Shown piece by piece: positions 10,701 through 18,366 of a stretch of 64,000 bases of DNA. Numbering within the stretch: position 1 is the first letter of the stretch; the number at the start of each line of letters is the position of its first letter. Under the pieces are notes generated by a model. The model did no database searches. It was not told the DNA's origin and was given only the letters and a program-made list of their open reading frames with translations. Position numbers and translations under genes: made by a program. The stretch is from Candidatus Moraniibacteriota bacterium (GTDB lineage: Bacteria; Patescibacteriota; Minisyncoccia; Moranbacterales; GCA-2747515): positions 1,089,734 through 1,153,733 of the forward strand of contig CP175956.1 of the NCBI GenBank assembly GCA_046116545.1, written 5' to 3'.

Positions 10701-13700
10701 CAAATGCAACAGAAAGATTGTATTCATTGATATCATCACCCGTACTTCCAACAACAAACATCTTTGTTCCATCATTATTAAAAGTAATTCCTTGTGGTGC
10801 AGTTTCTTGTGCTACAACAGAAAAATTAGAATCGAATGTTATATTTTCACCAACAGTAAATCCTTCACTCACAGATTCAATTTTAATATTATCACTTGCA
10901 ACTATATCAAAATAACTGAATTCATCATCACCTAAGCCTATTGTATATTGTAAGACATCATCAGCAAGAACTCTCATAGAACCAGTTGCTAGATTTTCTG
11001 TATTTACTATAACTTGATAAAGACCTGTTTCTGTAATATTTTCAAATGCATTCCAAGTTTCAGCTGTTGTAAATATATGATTTATTCCTGAAGTTCCACC
11101 AGAACTCCCAGCAGCAGAAGAACTTATTGTTACAGTTTGTGTTCCTGGTGATTTTTTAACTATTGTTAGAGTTTGATCTCCTAATCCTGTTGTTTGATAT
11201 ACAGTATAATCATCTGTTACATTTTTTTGTGCGTATCCTGTTGCATCAACACTAACATCTATTCTTTTTAGATTTGGGTTTTGTGTATCAGATGTTGAAT
11301 AGAAAGTTGATGATAGATCAAAAGTTGTTTGATCTATTGCAAAGGATCCTGATGATTCCCAATCTGCATCAGATATTGATTCTAATGTTGTAGAGTTCAT
11401 TTGATTCATTACTCCACTTTCTACTGCTTTTGATATTGCACTATTTGCATTATCTTCTATGCCTACTGTACTCCAAGTATCTACGTTATCTCTGAAATAC
11501 CAAGTTCCATCAGTTCCTCCATGAACTGATGCTTCTTTACTTGCAATGTATCTCCATGCTGAACCAGTCCATACTTTGAAAGTATGTCTATTATTGAAAC
11601 TTACCCCGTAGAATATTGATTGAGAGTTTAGGTTTTCTAATACACTTACTGAGTTTATATCTGTCCAATTTGCGCTATCTAAACCATCTTGGTTTGTTAT
11701 TGTTGTTACGTATGCTCCTGTGTAGTTTCCTAGGGTTTTTTCGTAGAATTCCATTTCAGCCAGTCCAACATAACTAACACTATTACTGGCACTAATATTT
11801 ATTCTGTAATATCTATATGCTATATTATTTGTAAATCCACTATAATTTCTTTTTTCACCATCTAACCAACTCATTTCAGCTGATCGTGTATCCAATGCAG
11901 TCCATGTATTTGCATCATTACTTCCTTCAAATGTCCAGTCTTTCGGAGCCCAAGCTGTATTACTTCTTACAGAATACTCATAAACTATTGCCTCATTTCC
12001 TGAACCTAAATCATATTGAAGCCAGCCTGTTGAAATTCCACTTTGAGAAAGCCAAGATGTTGCATTATTGTCATCAAATCCGTAACTTGGTAGATAACTA
12101 GCACTATAAGTTGTACTCGAAGTAGCAGCCCCACCACTAGCCAAATCAGGACCAGTGCCTCCACCAGTATCAACTAAGTCAACTTGAAATTGAGTTATGT
12201 TTTCTTTTAAATCTTCTTGTGTATAATTATCTTCTGAATTGTAATTTATGTTTTGTATTTTATCAGTTTCTGTTTGTTCTTCTGTAATACTTACAATTGC
12301 TGAACCTGATACTGTTGTTGATTCTCCTTGTGCTAGAGTTACTTGAGTTTGAGTTACTCCACTTCCTGATGTTCCTGTTGATAATCCTCCCCATATAGTT
12401 CCATTACAAAACTCCATGACTTTTGAAGTGTCATTGTATCTCATTGCACCTTCTTTTGTTACGTCACAAGCTGATGCGTCATTATTGAGAGTTATACTTC
12501 CTCCTATAGCTAGATTGTTTCCATCGTATGTGAAGTTTGAGTTTTGAGTTATTGCATTTCCTGCACTATTTGTGAATTGTATTTGATTTGCACTTAGGCT
12601 TGCTGGTGTATCTGTTAGTCCTGTATATGTTGAAGTTCCTCCACTTGATGTTAGAGAGTTCCATACTGAACCATCGTATCCTTCTAGATCTGTTCCACTC
12701 CATCTTATCATTCCTGCTACTGCATTTGTACTTGTTCCAAATACTGCTGCTTTATCAAAGTTGAAAGCTTCGTTTATTGTATCGTAACTTATTATTCCTT
12801 CATTTCCGTTTTCTCCTATATGTAGAGAGTTTGGTCCTAGGTATAGGTCTCTGAATCTATTTGTACTACTTCCTAGGTCGTATGTATCATCTGCATCTGG
12901 TCCTATATGTCCTGCTACTTGTAGTTTGAAGTTTGTTGGACTTGTTGTTCCTATCCCTATATTTCCAGAATTTGAAATTCTCATTCTTTCACTACTGTTT
13001 GTTCCAAAAATCATATTTGTATTTTCGAAATTCCACAATTGTGCATTTTCTGAACCATCAATACCATAGATTGTACCATCAATATTTGTAGTTCCTGTAT
13101 CCGTATTTGTCATACTGATATTAATACCAGCTGTTGTTGATGACTTATTAAGATGTAGTTCTCTTGCAGGACTAGTTGTTCCTATTCCAACGTTGCCGGA
13201 AGTTATATAACTATCTCCTCCACTATCAAAGTAAACAGTTTTAACTGTACTACCATTGTATAATTCAAAAATTCCCGCCCCACCAGTAATATGTCGTCCT
13301 AAAAAGGCTCTCGTATTCGGTACCCCATCTACAATCCTTATTCCATCTCCAGCATTGGCATTAACATCCAACTTCGCTCCTGGAGATATCGTTCCTATTC
13401 CCACATCTCCATTATTCATTGTTAATGTCCTAAGCCAAGCATCATCAGTACTATTAGGTTGTGTAAATATAGCCTGATTTCTAAACAATATTTCCCTACC
13501 ATCACCATTAAAACCACTATTTGAATTTCCAGAAGGATCATATCCCATTGAAATAGTTACAGCATCTGTTCCATAAGTTGTGCCAGTAGAACCTAAAATC
13601 AGTGACTTGTATCCTGAACCATACCCAAATATACTTGGCTCCATTGCCTTTCTTGTCCCAACCTTTAAATTACCATTGATATCAAGTAACTCTAATGGAT

Positions 13701-14487
13701 TATCTGTACCTATTCCAACATTTCCACCATTCAAATAACTATTACCTGCAGAGTCTAGATATACTTTTGCTACTCCAGTGTCAAATATTCTTAATAACCC
13801 CTTATCATAATCCACACCAATACCTCTAGGTTCTATTTGTCCAACTATGTAATCAGCCGAACTAAGTCTTATAATGGCACCATCACCAACAACCTGCAAC
13901 TTAGTATTTGGACTATCCGTCCCAATCCCAACTCTCCCATTAACAGTATCAACAAAAAAATCATTTGAATTAACTGTAAAGTCATCTCCCAGAGTTAATC
14001 CTCCAGTTTTATTTTGAATTGAGTTTGAAGTATTTAAATAGTAATCTTCTGTTTGTCCATTAAATCTATGTGAATTTAAAGCAAATCCTGTAGGAGTTAT
14101 CTTTCTCCTTGGAGTCATTTCTGGATTTGAGTTTATTGTTACTCCTAAGTAATAGTTTGAATCAAAAGATATATCTAATAGGTTATCTCCTGTTTCTCCT
14201 AGAGTTGTACTAAATATTCCATTTGTTATTGTAATTGTTTTTGAAGTTGGAGTTCCACATGATCCTCTACTTGTCCATAGACAATTTCCTCCTGTGTCTG
14301 CATCGTATATTGTTAATGTAAAATCATAATCTCCATCTGATACTGCTACGTTATTAGTATCTGTTAGTTTTCCATGATATGTTAGTTCACTGTCTGGTGC
14401 AGCTTGTGTAATTGAAAAATTAAGAATTATTGCTAACGCAATTATTCCTAATATGTAAGTTAATTTGTTTTTGAAAGTTTTTTTCAT
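4735..14487 (-). CDS. Giant secreted modular fibre-like adhesin (3250 aa): GNVGIGT shaft repeats, F5/8C-like, 10 beta-propeller repeats, C-type-lectin-like, Gly-rich, LamG and phage-fibre-like domains
   Basis: N-terminal signal peptide (MKKTFKNK-hydrophobic-AQA-like); repeated GNVGIGT; discoidin-like 'GWLQYDLG..PKDWTFEGSND..YRYYRINI'; LamG-like 'FTIDFW..WHHIAFTR..GYLDEVRISKGIARW'. Confidence 0.85.
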   Translation of the reverse strand: MKKTFKNKLTYILGIIALAIILNFSITQAAPDSELTYHGKLTDTNNVAVSDGDYDFTLTIYDADTGGNCLWTSRGSCGTPTSKTITITNGIFSTTLGETGDNLLDISFDSNYYLGVTINSNPEMTPRRKITPTGFALNSHRFNGQTEDYYLNTSNSIQNKTGGLTLGDDFTVNSNDFFVDTVNGRVGIGTDSPNTKLQVVGDGAIIRLSSADYIVGQIEPRGIGVDYDKGLLRIFDTGVAKVYLDSAGNSYLNGGNVGIGTDNPLELLDINGNLKVGTRKAMEPSIFGYGSGYKSLILGSTGTTYGTDAVTISMGYDPSGNSNSGFNGDGREILFRNQAIFTQPNSTDDAWLRTLTMNNGDVGIGTISPGAKLDVNANAGDGIRIVDGVPNTRAFLGRHITGGAGIFELYNGSTVKTVYFDSGGDSYITSGNVGIGTTSPARELHLNKSSTTAGINISMTNTDTGTTNIDGTIYGIDGSENAQLWNFENTNMIFGTNSSERMRISNSGNIGIGTTSPTNFKLQVAGHIGPDADDTYDLGSSTNRFRDLYLGPNSLHIGENGNEGIISYDTINEAFNFDKAAVFGTSTNAVAGMIRWSGTDLEGYDGSVWNSLTSSGGTSTYTGLTDTPASLSANQIQFTNSAGNAITQNSNFTYDGNNLAIGGSITLNNDASACDVTKEGAMRYNDTSKVMEFCNGTIWGGLSTGTSGSGVTQTQVTLAQGESTTVSGSAIVSITEEQTETDKIQNINYNSEDNYTQEDLKENITQFQVDLVDTGGGTGPDLASGGAATSSTTYSASYLPSYGFDDNNATSWLSQSGISTGWLQYDLGSGNEAIVYEYSVRSNTAWAPKDWTFEGSNDANTWTALDTRSAEMSWLDGEKRNYSGFTNNIAYRYYRINISASNSVSYVGLAEMEFYEKTLGNYTGAYVTTITNQDGLDSANWTDINSVSVLENLNSQSIFYGVSFNNRHTFKVWTGSAWRYIASKEASVHGGTDGTWYFRDNVDTWSTVGIEDNANSAISKAVESGVMNQMNSTTLESISDADWESSGSFAIDQTTFDLSSTFYSTSDTQNPNLKRIDVSVDATGYAQKNVTDDYTVYQTTGLGDQTLTIVKKSPGTQTVTISSSAAGSSGGTSGINHIFTTAETWNAFENITETGLYQVIVNTENLATGSMRVLADDVLQYTIGLGDDEFSYFDIVASDNIKIESVSEGFTVGENITFDSNFSVVAQETAPQGITFNNDGTKMFVVGSTGDDINEYNLSVAFDSATAVYDSVFSVAAQETAPNDVTFNNDGTKMFIVGTTGDDVNEYNLSTGFDVSTAVYDSNFSVAAQDTAPQSMDFNTDGTKMFIVGNTGDDVNEYHLSTGFDVSTAVYDSRFSVATEEATPTGIAFNPDGTKMFIMGQTGIDMGEYELSTGFDISTANFVFRFSVSAQEATPQGIAFNTDGTKMFVTGNTGDDVNEYHLPRGFEFGPVDYSASFSVAAQDTSPQTMAFNTDGTKMFVVGLTGIDINEYHLSTAFDITTAVYDSIFDFSEDGSPQGIAFNTDGTKMFIIGNTADEINEYNLSTAFDISTAVYDSRFDITAQEDSPSGIAFNTDGTKMFITGLTGDDVNEYHLSTGFDVSTTVYDSNFSVVAQETAPQDIAFNTNGTKMFILGSTGDDVNEYKLSTAFDVSTAVYSSKFSVFAQDTVVQGIAFNNDGTKMFIVGATGDDITEYDVLPESFTGTVEVSVAASSGTSSTSYSNIWTQSGSNAYYDTGNIGIGTTTPDNFTLQVAGHIGPDTDDTYDLGSSTNRFRDLYLGPSSLHIGVDGDEAVISYNTISNEIEFSAPINLTGSITLTNDTDACDVNKEGAMRYNDSTKVMEFCNGTAWGAFSTGGFSSTCPSGFTKIENQGQTLGCMQNIESGTNNWEAATNDCFDAYGGRLPSVTEWYIAMANYVLTDETDDPEWNSNHDASNRYAESGNGSISNTGSSPDTSILAYRCWTSTNSDSNSVTSGGGGIASIQTFDTVGAHTWTKPAGIETIRVQVVGGGGGAGGGDSHYGAGGAGGYSEKIIDVSSLNTISVTVGVAGAAGSTGGAGTAGSTGGTTSFDTHCSATGGQGGSVSANYEGGSGGVGSGGDINVSGGNGIHTTNGGSSYFGGGGTAFSGKLEGQAYGSGGASLGGAGAGAGASGAVIIYEYAGSSESSSLPTCTDGQTLSYNESNSDWECADASAGSGGGNIDLNTKLLVQSDDADGSVKFMDSSISTHTITANGDAHHETDASKFGGSSMYFDGAGDYLNIPDSEDFEVYNNEFTIDFWMRADALPTGLHVLVGKYNYGGYSPWNIMQDGANIILYSSSNNSSHDVANARAIVTGINIDTWHHIAFTRDGDTMKTFLDGVLTDSFIFTGGFFNGSQTLKIGGADGGNYSFGGYLDEVRISKGIARWTSDFTPPTAPYEIQSSSSVAGGQNWKLMHVQDQKTTGTDGGTSSVGIQIRDLNTIIGTNEITDASLNGITGEITLPAGTYNVNITVPLIGTNRARLYFYNITDTENTLIGSNSYDGSGGSIASLSGKFTILDTKTFDVRQYAESATATVGLGRAVNQSPYEVYTDLKIWKIEESSGSSSSSYTPGFLYGFNLSNDSGDTDHDIYVSSGYAKDETDSKDLELTTGLTKQLDASFTEGDDQGGLFTGTIANDTMYHVFLIEKDDGTTDIGFDTDINASNIPSGFTSYRWLGYVLTNGSANIKQFQMSGDLMMWEKASEMTIPTTVSTSWIQRDYSAFVPTLGVKEIMFGGNEAGTANGWTLMCSADGINVMSHVARGGAADADTQEFAWGGAADHSTVIPYKSNYYFKTNGGSFNLLVHAVKLDRGSTSGGSTNSPWTQTGNNIAYTSGNVGIGSNNYGTNADNILTISNSIAPTTSITDGIQLFAVDQSGSHELRVRDEAGNTTTLSPHNFSNIPGGQSEELAWSYYSEKDNKSINVDMTKTVRLIEKLTGQQLIYITDKTTGLEIPNLNLIDISNLPTPEKISEIDTQINNTILQTNTNIQTLEDLQLSIDEQLSNTSEMLNQVQGDIVVNGESILETRVKSNINANLISEIDLRIQAAEEGLGVLDLLGATDLIKIEELLAIDAEKLVFTDELGSLTLDGVLNVKIIIADVVETSFIEVEELALENYGDNAIVGKSVICPTGTNFDVNEDGCVEVENSESDGQTVFVETEVVTGDSYIFLTPYGNDEQSVIVSEVQDGIGFTVKAKNIIENMIKFDWFIVKGVQ
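9069..9222. repeat. Scaffold repeat copy within the 3250-aa gene (partner 12813-12966)
   Basis: Near-identical DNA at offset 3744, both copies encoding GNIGIGT..LQVAGHIGPDxDDTYDLGSSTNRFRDLYLGPxSLHIG. Confidence 0.8.
9340..10835 (-). repeat. Ten tandem coding repeats of about 153 bp (51 aa; FSVxAQxxxPxxIAFNxDGTKMF..GDDVNEYxLSTxFD)
   Basis: Ten units countable in the translation, with high DNA similarity between units. Confidence 0.9.
12813..12966. repeat. Scaffold repeat copy within the 3250-aa gene (partner 9069-9222)
   Basis: Near-identical DNA to 9069-9222. Confidence 0.8.
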
Positions 14488-14613
14488 TTTTTGTGTTTAT
14501 TGTATCCCCTGTTCTCTCGTATTTACTAAGTTTTTAGTGTTTTTTATTATTTTCTTTTGTTTGTTTATATGGAATAATTATATCATATTGTTTGTTTCTT
14601 GTCTTGTTTTGTT

Positions 14614-14622
14614 TGTGGATAA
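14614..14622 (-). promoter_or_regulatory. Perfect DnaA-box-like 9-mer upstream of the 3250-aa gene promoter
   Basis: TGTGGATAA (= TTATCCACA); extended -10 TGATATAAT on the minus strand at 14577-14585. Confidence 0.35.
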
Positions 14623-14638
14623 GTTTTATTGAAGGATA

Positions 14639-15250
14639 CTATTGCAATGTGTTTATTTCAACTTGTCCTATTGCTTTTAGCCCAGCTAACCATTCTCGTA
14701 TGATATATTTATATTCTTCAAATTTATTTTGATATGGATACTTGTACGCCACAAACCCAATTGCATCAATATCCAATGTTCTTGCTATATAAACAGATCT
14801 TGGTAAATGAAACTCCTGAGTTACAATAACTGCATTCTCCAATTTATATATATCATGCATATTTTTCATACTCGTAAATGTATCCACACCCCCTTCATCT
14901 ATATAAATAATATCTTTTGGAATATTATTTTCAATTAAATATTTTTGAACTGCATAAACCTCATCATCAATTCCACTTATTATAAGTTTGCATACTTTAT
15001 TATTTTCATACAAATCAATTGCTGCCATAGCCCGTTCTTTCAACATCAAGCTCATTCTACCATCATCATAAACTTTTGCACCAAGTACAACAACATTACT
15101 ACAGTAATCTATTTGTTCAATATCATTTATATTTACAATATATCCATCACTACGCTCTATGATATGTAATCGTGCAATACTAATCATACACAAAATTACA
15201 AAAAAAATAATTATCACAAAAATCAGCACTTTAAATATATGTTTTTTCAT
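14639..15250 (-). CDS. SanA/YdcF/ElyC (DUF218) family envelope protein
   Basis: N-terminal TM; 'VVLGAKV', 'LIISG', 'DT..SM', 'IVTQEFHLPRS..AR', 'REWLA' motifs. Confidence 0.85.
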   Translation of the reverse strand: MKKHIFKVLIFVIIIFFVILCMISIARLHIIERSDGYIVNINDIEQIDYCSNVVVLGAKVYDDGRMSLMLKERAMAAIDLYENNKVCKLIISGIDDEVYAVQKYLIENNIPKDIIYIDEGGVDTFTSMKNMHDIYKLENAVIVTQEFHLPRSVYIARTLDIDAIGFVAYKYPYQNKFEEYKYIIREWLAGLKAIGQVEINTLQ

Positions 15251-15681
15251 TATTCTCTATGATATGGATGATTTACATTTATAGTACTAGCCCTATATAA
15301 AGATTCTACCAAAATAACCATAGCTAAATCGTGTGGCAAAGTCATCTCACCAAAACTCAAAAGAACATCGGCTCTATCTTTTATTTCATCATTATGTCCA
15401 TCTGGACCACCTATCACAAAACACATTTCACTCACTCCTCGCACTGCTTTTTCATCGATGAATGTTGCAAATTTTTTACTTGTAAATTGCTTTCCTTTTT
15501 CATCCAAAATTACACAAAAAATATTATCAATAACATCCAGTATTTTCTTATCCTCAACACCATCCTTTAAATGTACTATTTCTATACTATGAAAAGCATT
15601 TAATCTTTTAATATATTCATTAAAGCCTTCCTTTGCAAAAGAAAGCTTAGGTTCACCAATTGTAATTATCTTTAATTTCAT
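15250..15681 (-). CDS. rlmH: 23S rRNA m3Psi1915 methyltransferase
   Basis: 'LDEKGKQFTS', 'FVIGGPDG', 'LSFGEMTLPH', 'E.LYRA..I...HPYHRE'; stop overlaps the next start (TAATG). Confidence 0.95.
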   Translation of the reverse strand: MKLKIITIGEPKLSFAKEGFNEYIKRLNAFHSIEIVHLKDGVEDKKILDVIDNIFCVILDEKGKQFTSKKFATFIDEKAVRGVSEMCFVIGGPDGHNDEIKDRADVLLSFGEMTLPHDLAMVILVESLYRASTINVNHPYHRE

Positions 15682-15731
15682 AATATTAATTATACTACAT
15701 AAAAATAAAACTTTCTTTTTTGCCTATCTAT

Positions 15732-16913
15732 TTAGTTATTCTTTTTTATTATTTGACTATATATACCACAACTATTTCTTTTTATTCTTTCACCTGTTTT
15801 ACGATCAATTTCCACTAAGCCAAATTTAAAATCGTATCCACCATCCCACTCATAACTATCACATAAACTATAGTGAAAATATCCTCGCACATCAGATCCC
15901 TCACCAATTGCCTTTTTCATATACTTTATAGATTCTTGTAAAAATTCCTGTCGATCTATATCATTCACACCAAGATTTGTCGGCTTACCATTTTCCAAAA
16001 CCATGAGTGGTTTTTTATATTTTTGCATATTCATAAGAACATGATATAAACCTTCTGGAAATTTCTTCCATACATTTGAGTTATGCCAATTATTCGTTCC
16101 ATGAATGCCAATTTTACCTCCACTTTTACCAAAATAAAAACTATCACTTGTATAATAATTAACACCAATATAATCACTACACCTTTGTACGCTGCGTATC
16201 ATTAAGCCATTTTGTAAAAATCTCTTCCCTCTCAAATAACTATTTTGTATGAAAGAATTGTCCCGTCCTATTTCATGATTACATAGAAATGTTGAACCAA
16301 TTTGTGTTTGTGGGTACTTTTCTTTCCACAATTTAAAGACTTCTTTGTGTATCGCTATTAAATTTCTCATTACACAAATAGCTCTATAACGACTTTTAAA
16401 AAAAGGCGGTCTTATACTCTGCACATAACTTGCACTAATATAAACAGATGGCTCATTAAGTACGACGACACAATCAATCTCATCTCCAAGCTTATCACAA
16501 ATATATTTTACAAACCGTATGAATTTCTTTTTACAATCACCGCTATGCATTCCATATTTCTGCTCAAACCACATTGGCACACTCCAATGCCATAGACCAA
16601 CAACTGTTGTAATATTTTTTTCATGTAAATTTTGCAAAATATTTCTATAATGATTGACTGCCTCAATATCAAATTCACCCTCTAGTGGTTCGATACGTGA
16701 CCATTCAATTGTAATGCGCATACTATTACATCCAATCTCCTCTACAAGATTATGATATTGAGCATAGATATTCCAATAATTATTTGCATACCCAATGTGC
16801 GGTACAAGGCCTCGCTTATCCCATTTTGTCCAATTGCTATATTTATTATGTCCCTCTGTCTGTTGTCCAATATTCACAACTCCCCAGAAAAACTTTTCTT
16901 TCTTATTATCCAT
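15732..16913 (-). CDS. Glycoside hydrolase family 1 (beta-glycosidase)
   Basis: 'FFWG', 'IEWSRIEP', acid/base 'LNEP', nucleophile 'LENG', 'D.YEW..G..FGL'; start placed at ATG 16913 (MDNKKEKF) rather than the overlapping 16988. Confidence 0.85.
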   Translation of the reverse strand: MDNKKEKFFWGVVNIGQQTEGHNKYSNWTKWDKRGLVPHIGYANNYWNIYAQYHNLVEEIGCNSMRITIEWSRIEPLEGEFDIEAVNHYRNILQNLHEKNITTVVGLWHWSVPMWFEQKYGMHSGDCKKKFIRFVKYICDKLGDEIDCVVVLNEPSVYISASYVQSIRPPFFKSRYRAICVMRNLIAIHKEVFKLWKEKYPQTQIGSTFLCNHEIGRDNSFIQNSYLRGKRFLQNGLMIRSVQRCSDYIGVNYYTSDSFYFGKSGGKIGIHGTNNWHNSNVWKKFPEGLYHVLMNMQKYKKPLMVLENGKPTNLGVNDIDRQEFLQESIKYMKKAIGEGSDVRGYFHYSLCDSYEWDGGYDFKFGLVEIDRKTGERIKRNSCGIYSQIIKKNN

Positions 16914-16971
16914 ATTATAAGTATACACCAAGATTGATATGATAATAGAATAATAATCTACTATTATATAA

Positions 16972-17823
16972 TCAAAAAAGACGTCCATTCATGGACGTCT
17001 TTTGTTTATTTTCGAGATAAGAATTTTGATTTTTTTCTTGATTTAGTTCATTTCCATCTTCGATTGCAATTACTTGACTATAGTATTTATTTACCACACC
17101 TATCCAACGAGATACACTCTCTGGTGAATGTGATGCACAACTACCTCCACACTTCCATGGATAAACTATTTTTGCTGGAGTGTCACGGTTCGTTTCATGT
17201 ACAAAATATGCAAGTCTCTTGGCTATTGTATCAACTGCTTCTTCTGGTGAGCCAAAACATGCATGTCCCATCGCTTGACCGCGCGAACCACTAGTTTTGT
17301 AACCCCAATAATTATAACAATCAATCCCAGCTTTTGATGGAGCTCTTTTGCCCATCTGACTCTCAATATTTGCTATACCAAGTATCATAGCTGCAACTTT
17401 TTTGTCTTTTGAAGCAATGTACTCAGCCATTTCTTCCATATTTGTTCCTTCTAATATAATCGCAATTTCTTGTGCCATTATATCTTGCTCTGACTCCATA
17501 ATTTTGCCTTCATGACTGAGTTTTTTACAATCATTATCGACATCAATTAAAGAACTCTCAATAGTATCTTCTGTAAGAAGATTTTTACTAAGAATACAAG
17601 CATTGTATCTTTGTAGATTTTCATCTGCTACATCCTTTTCTCCTTGCGAAGAAACGGTATCAACAAAATAAAAACTACCAGCAATAACAAGCATGAGTCC
17701 AGCAAGGACAAAGTACATGTGTTTAATTGCAAATGAACTAATTTTATGTAGTGATGATTTGATCATCTTCGGCGTCTCTACACGTAGACGCTTTATCGGT
17801 GACGGTTCGTCATTAATAATCAT
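16972..17823 (-). CDS. Membrane-anchored lysozyme-like (GH73/SLT-like) putative peptidoglycan hydrolase
   Basis: TM segment then 'IANIESQMG..DCYNYWG..CFGSPEEAV..RWI'; start may be the downstream Met at 17766. Confidence 0.6.
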   Translation of the reverse strand: MIINDEPSPIKRLRVETPKMIKSSLHKISSFAIKHMYFVLAGLMLVIAGSFYFVDTVSSQGEKDVADENLQRYNACILSKNLLTEDTIESSLIDVDNDCKKLSHEGKIMESEQDIMAQEIAIILEGTNMEEMAEYIASKDKKVAAMILGIANIESQMGKRAPSKAGIDCYNYWGYKTSGSRGQAMGHACFGSPEEAVDTIAKRLAYFVHETNRDTPAKIVYPWKCGGSCASHSPESVSRWIGVVNKYYSQVIAIEDGNELNQEKNQNSYLENKQKTSMNGRLF

Positions 17824-17923
17824 AGATTGTTTTACGAATAAAACCCCTTAGAACTATTTACATACTTTATCGTCATAAAATAAGTATATAGAACAGTGTG
17901 TAAAAATTGCACACATAGATACG

Positions 17924-17951
17924 AGTATACTCTTCTGAGAAAAATTGTCAA
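17924..17951 (-). promoter_or_regulatory. sigma70-type promoter
   Basis: TTGACA-16nt-TATACT on the minus strand. Confidence 0.55.
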
Positions 17952-18128
17952 TAGCAACAAAAGCCACACAAATACAGGGCTTTCAGAGCCATCTTTTTAT
18001 TTTCTTCTAATCCTCAATCTCTAAAATATTCTCACCTTTCACAGTCATTTTCCATTTTAATATTCAATTATACCTATCAATAATATCTTTTGAAATACTG
18101 ATAATATATTATACTGTTTTCAACCAAC

Positions 18129-18247
18129 CTCTCCCCTTTTTAAAAGGAGGAGATGTCCGTAGGACAGAGGGGGTTTTGGTAAAATAAAGTTTATTAGTAT
18201 CATTCTAACCCCTCCGCCTTTTCAGGTACCTCCCATTCAAAGGGGGA
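18129..18247. repeat. GC-rich REP-like inverted pair (CTCCCC-TTTTTAAAA-GGAGGAG..GTCCGTAGGAC..GAGGGGGTT / AACCCCTCC..CTCCC..GGGGGA)
   Basis: Two related multi-hairpin GC-rich units in opposite orientation in an AT-rich intergenic region. Confidence 0.65.
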
Positions 18248-18329
18248 AAAGTATGAAGTTAAAAGATATTTACTTAGCAATAATTTTAATGAGGTGTAGT
18301 TACTTAAAAATGATACTATATATTAAAAT

Positions 18330-18360
18330 ACAAAATCCTCTTCAACAGAGGATTTTGTAC
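18330..18360. terminator. Intrinsic terminator
   Basis: TACAAAATCCTC-ttcaaca-GAGGATTTTGTA directly after the stop at 18367. Confidence 0.75.
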
Positions 18361-18366
18361 CTATCT

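Noticed and set aside
9340-10835. Regular DNA repeats suggesting a CRISPR array
   Set aside because: Units are degenerate in-frame 153-bp coding repeats without unique spacers, and no cas genes are present
4735-14487. Shufflon-type inversion explaining the reversed-skew blocks
   Set aside because: All blocks are read in one continuous minus-strand frame, and I saw no inverted recombination sites or recombinase gene
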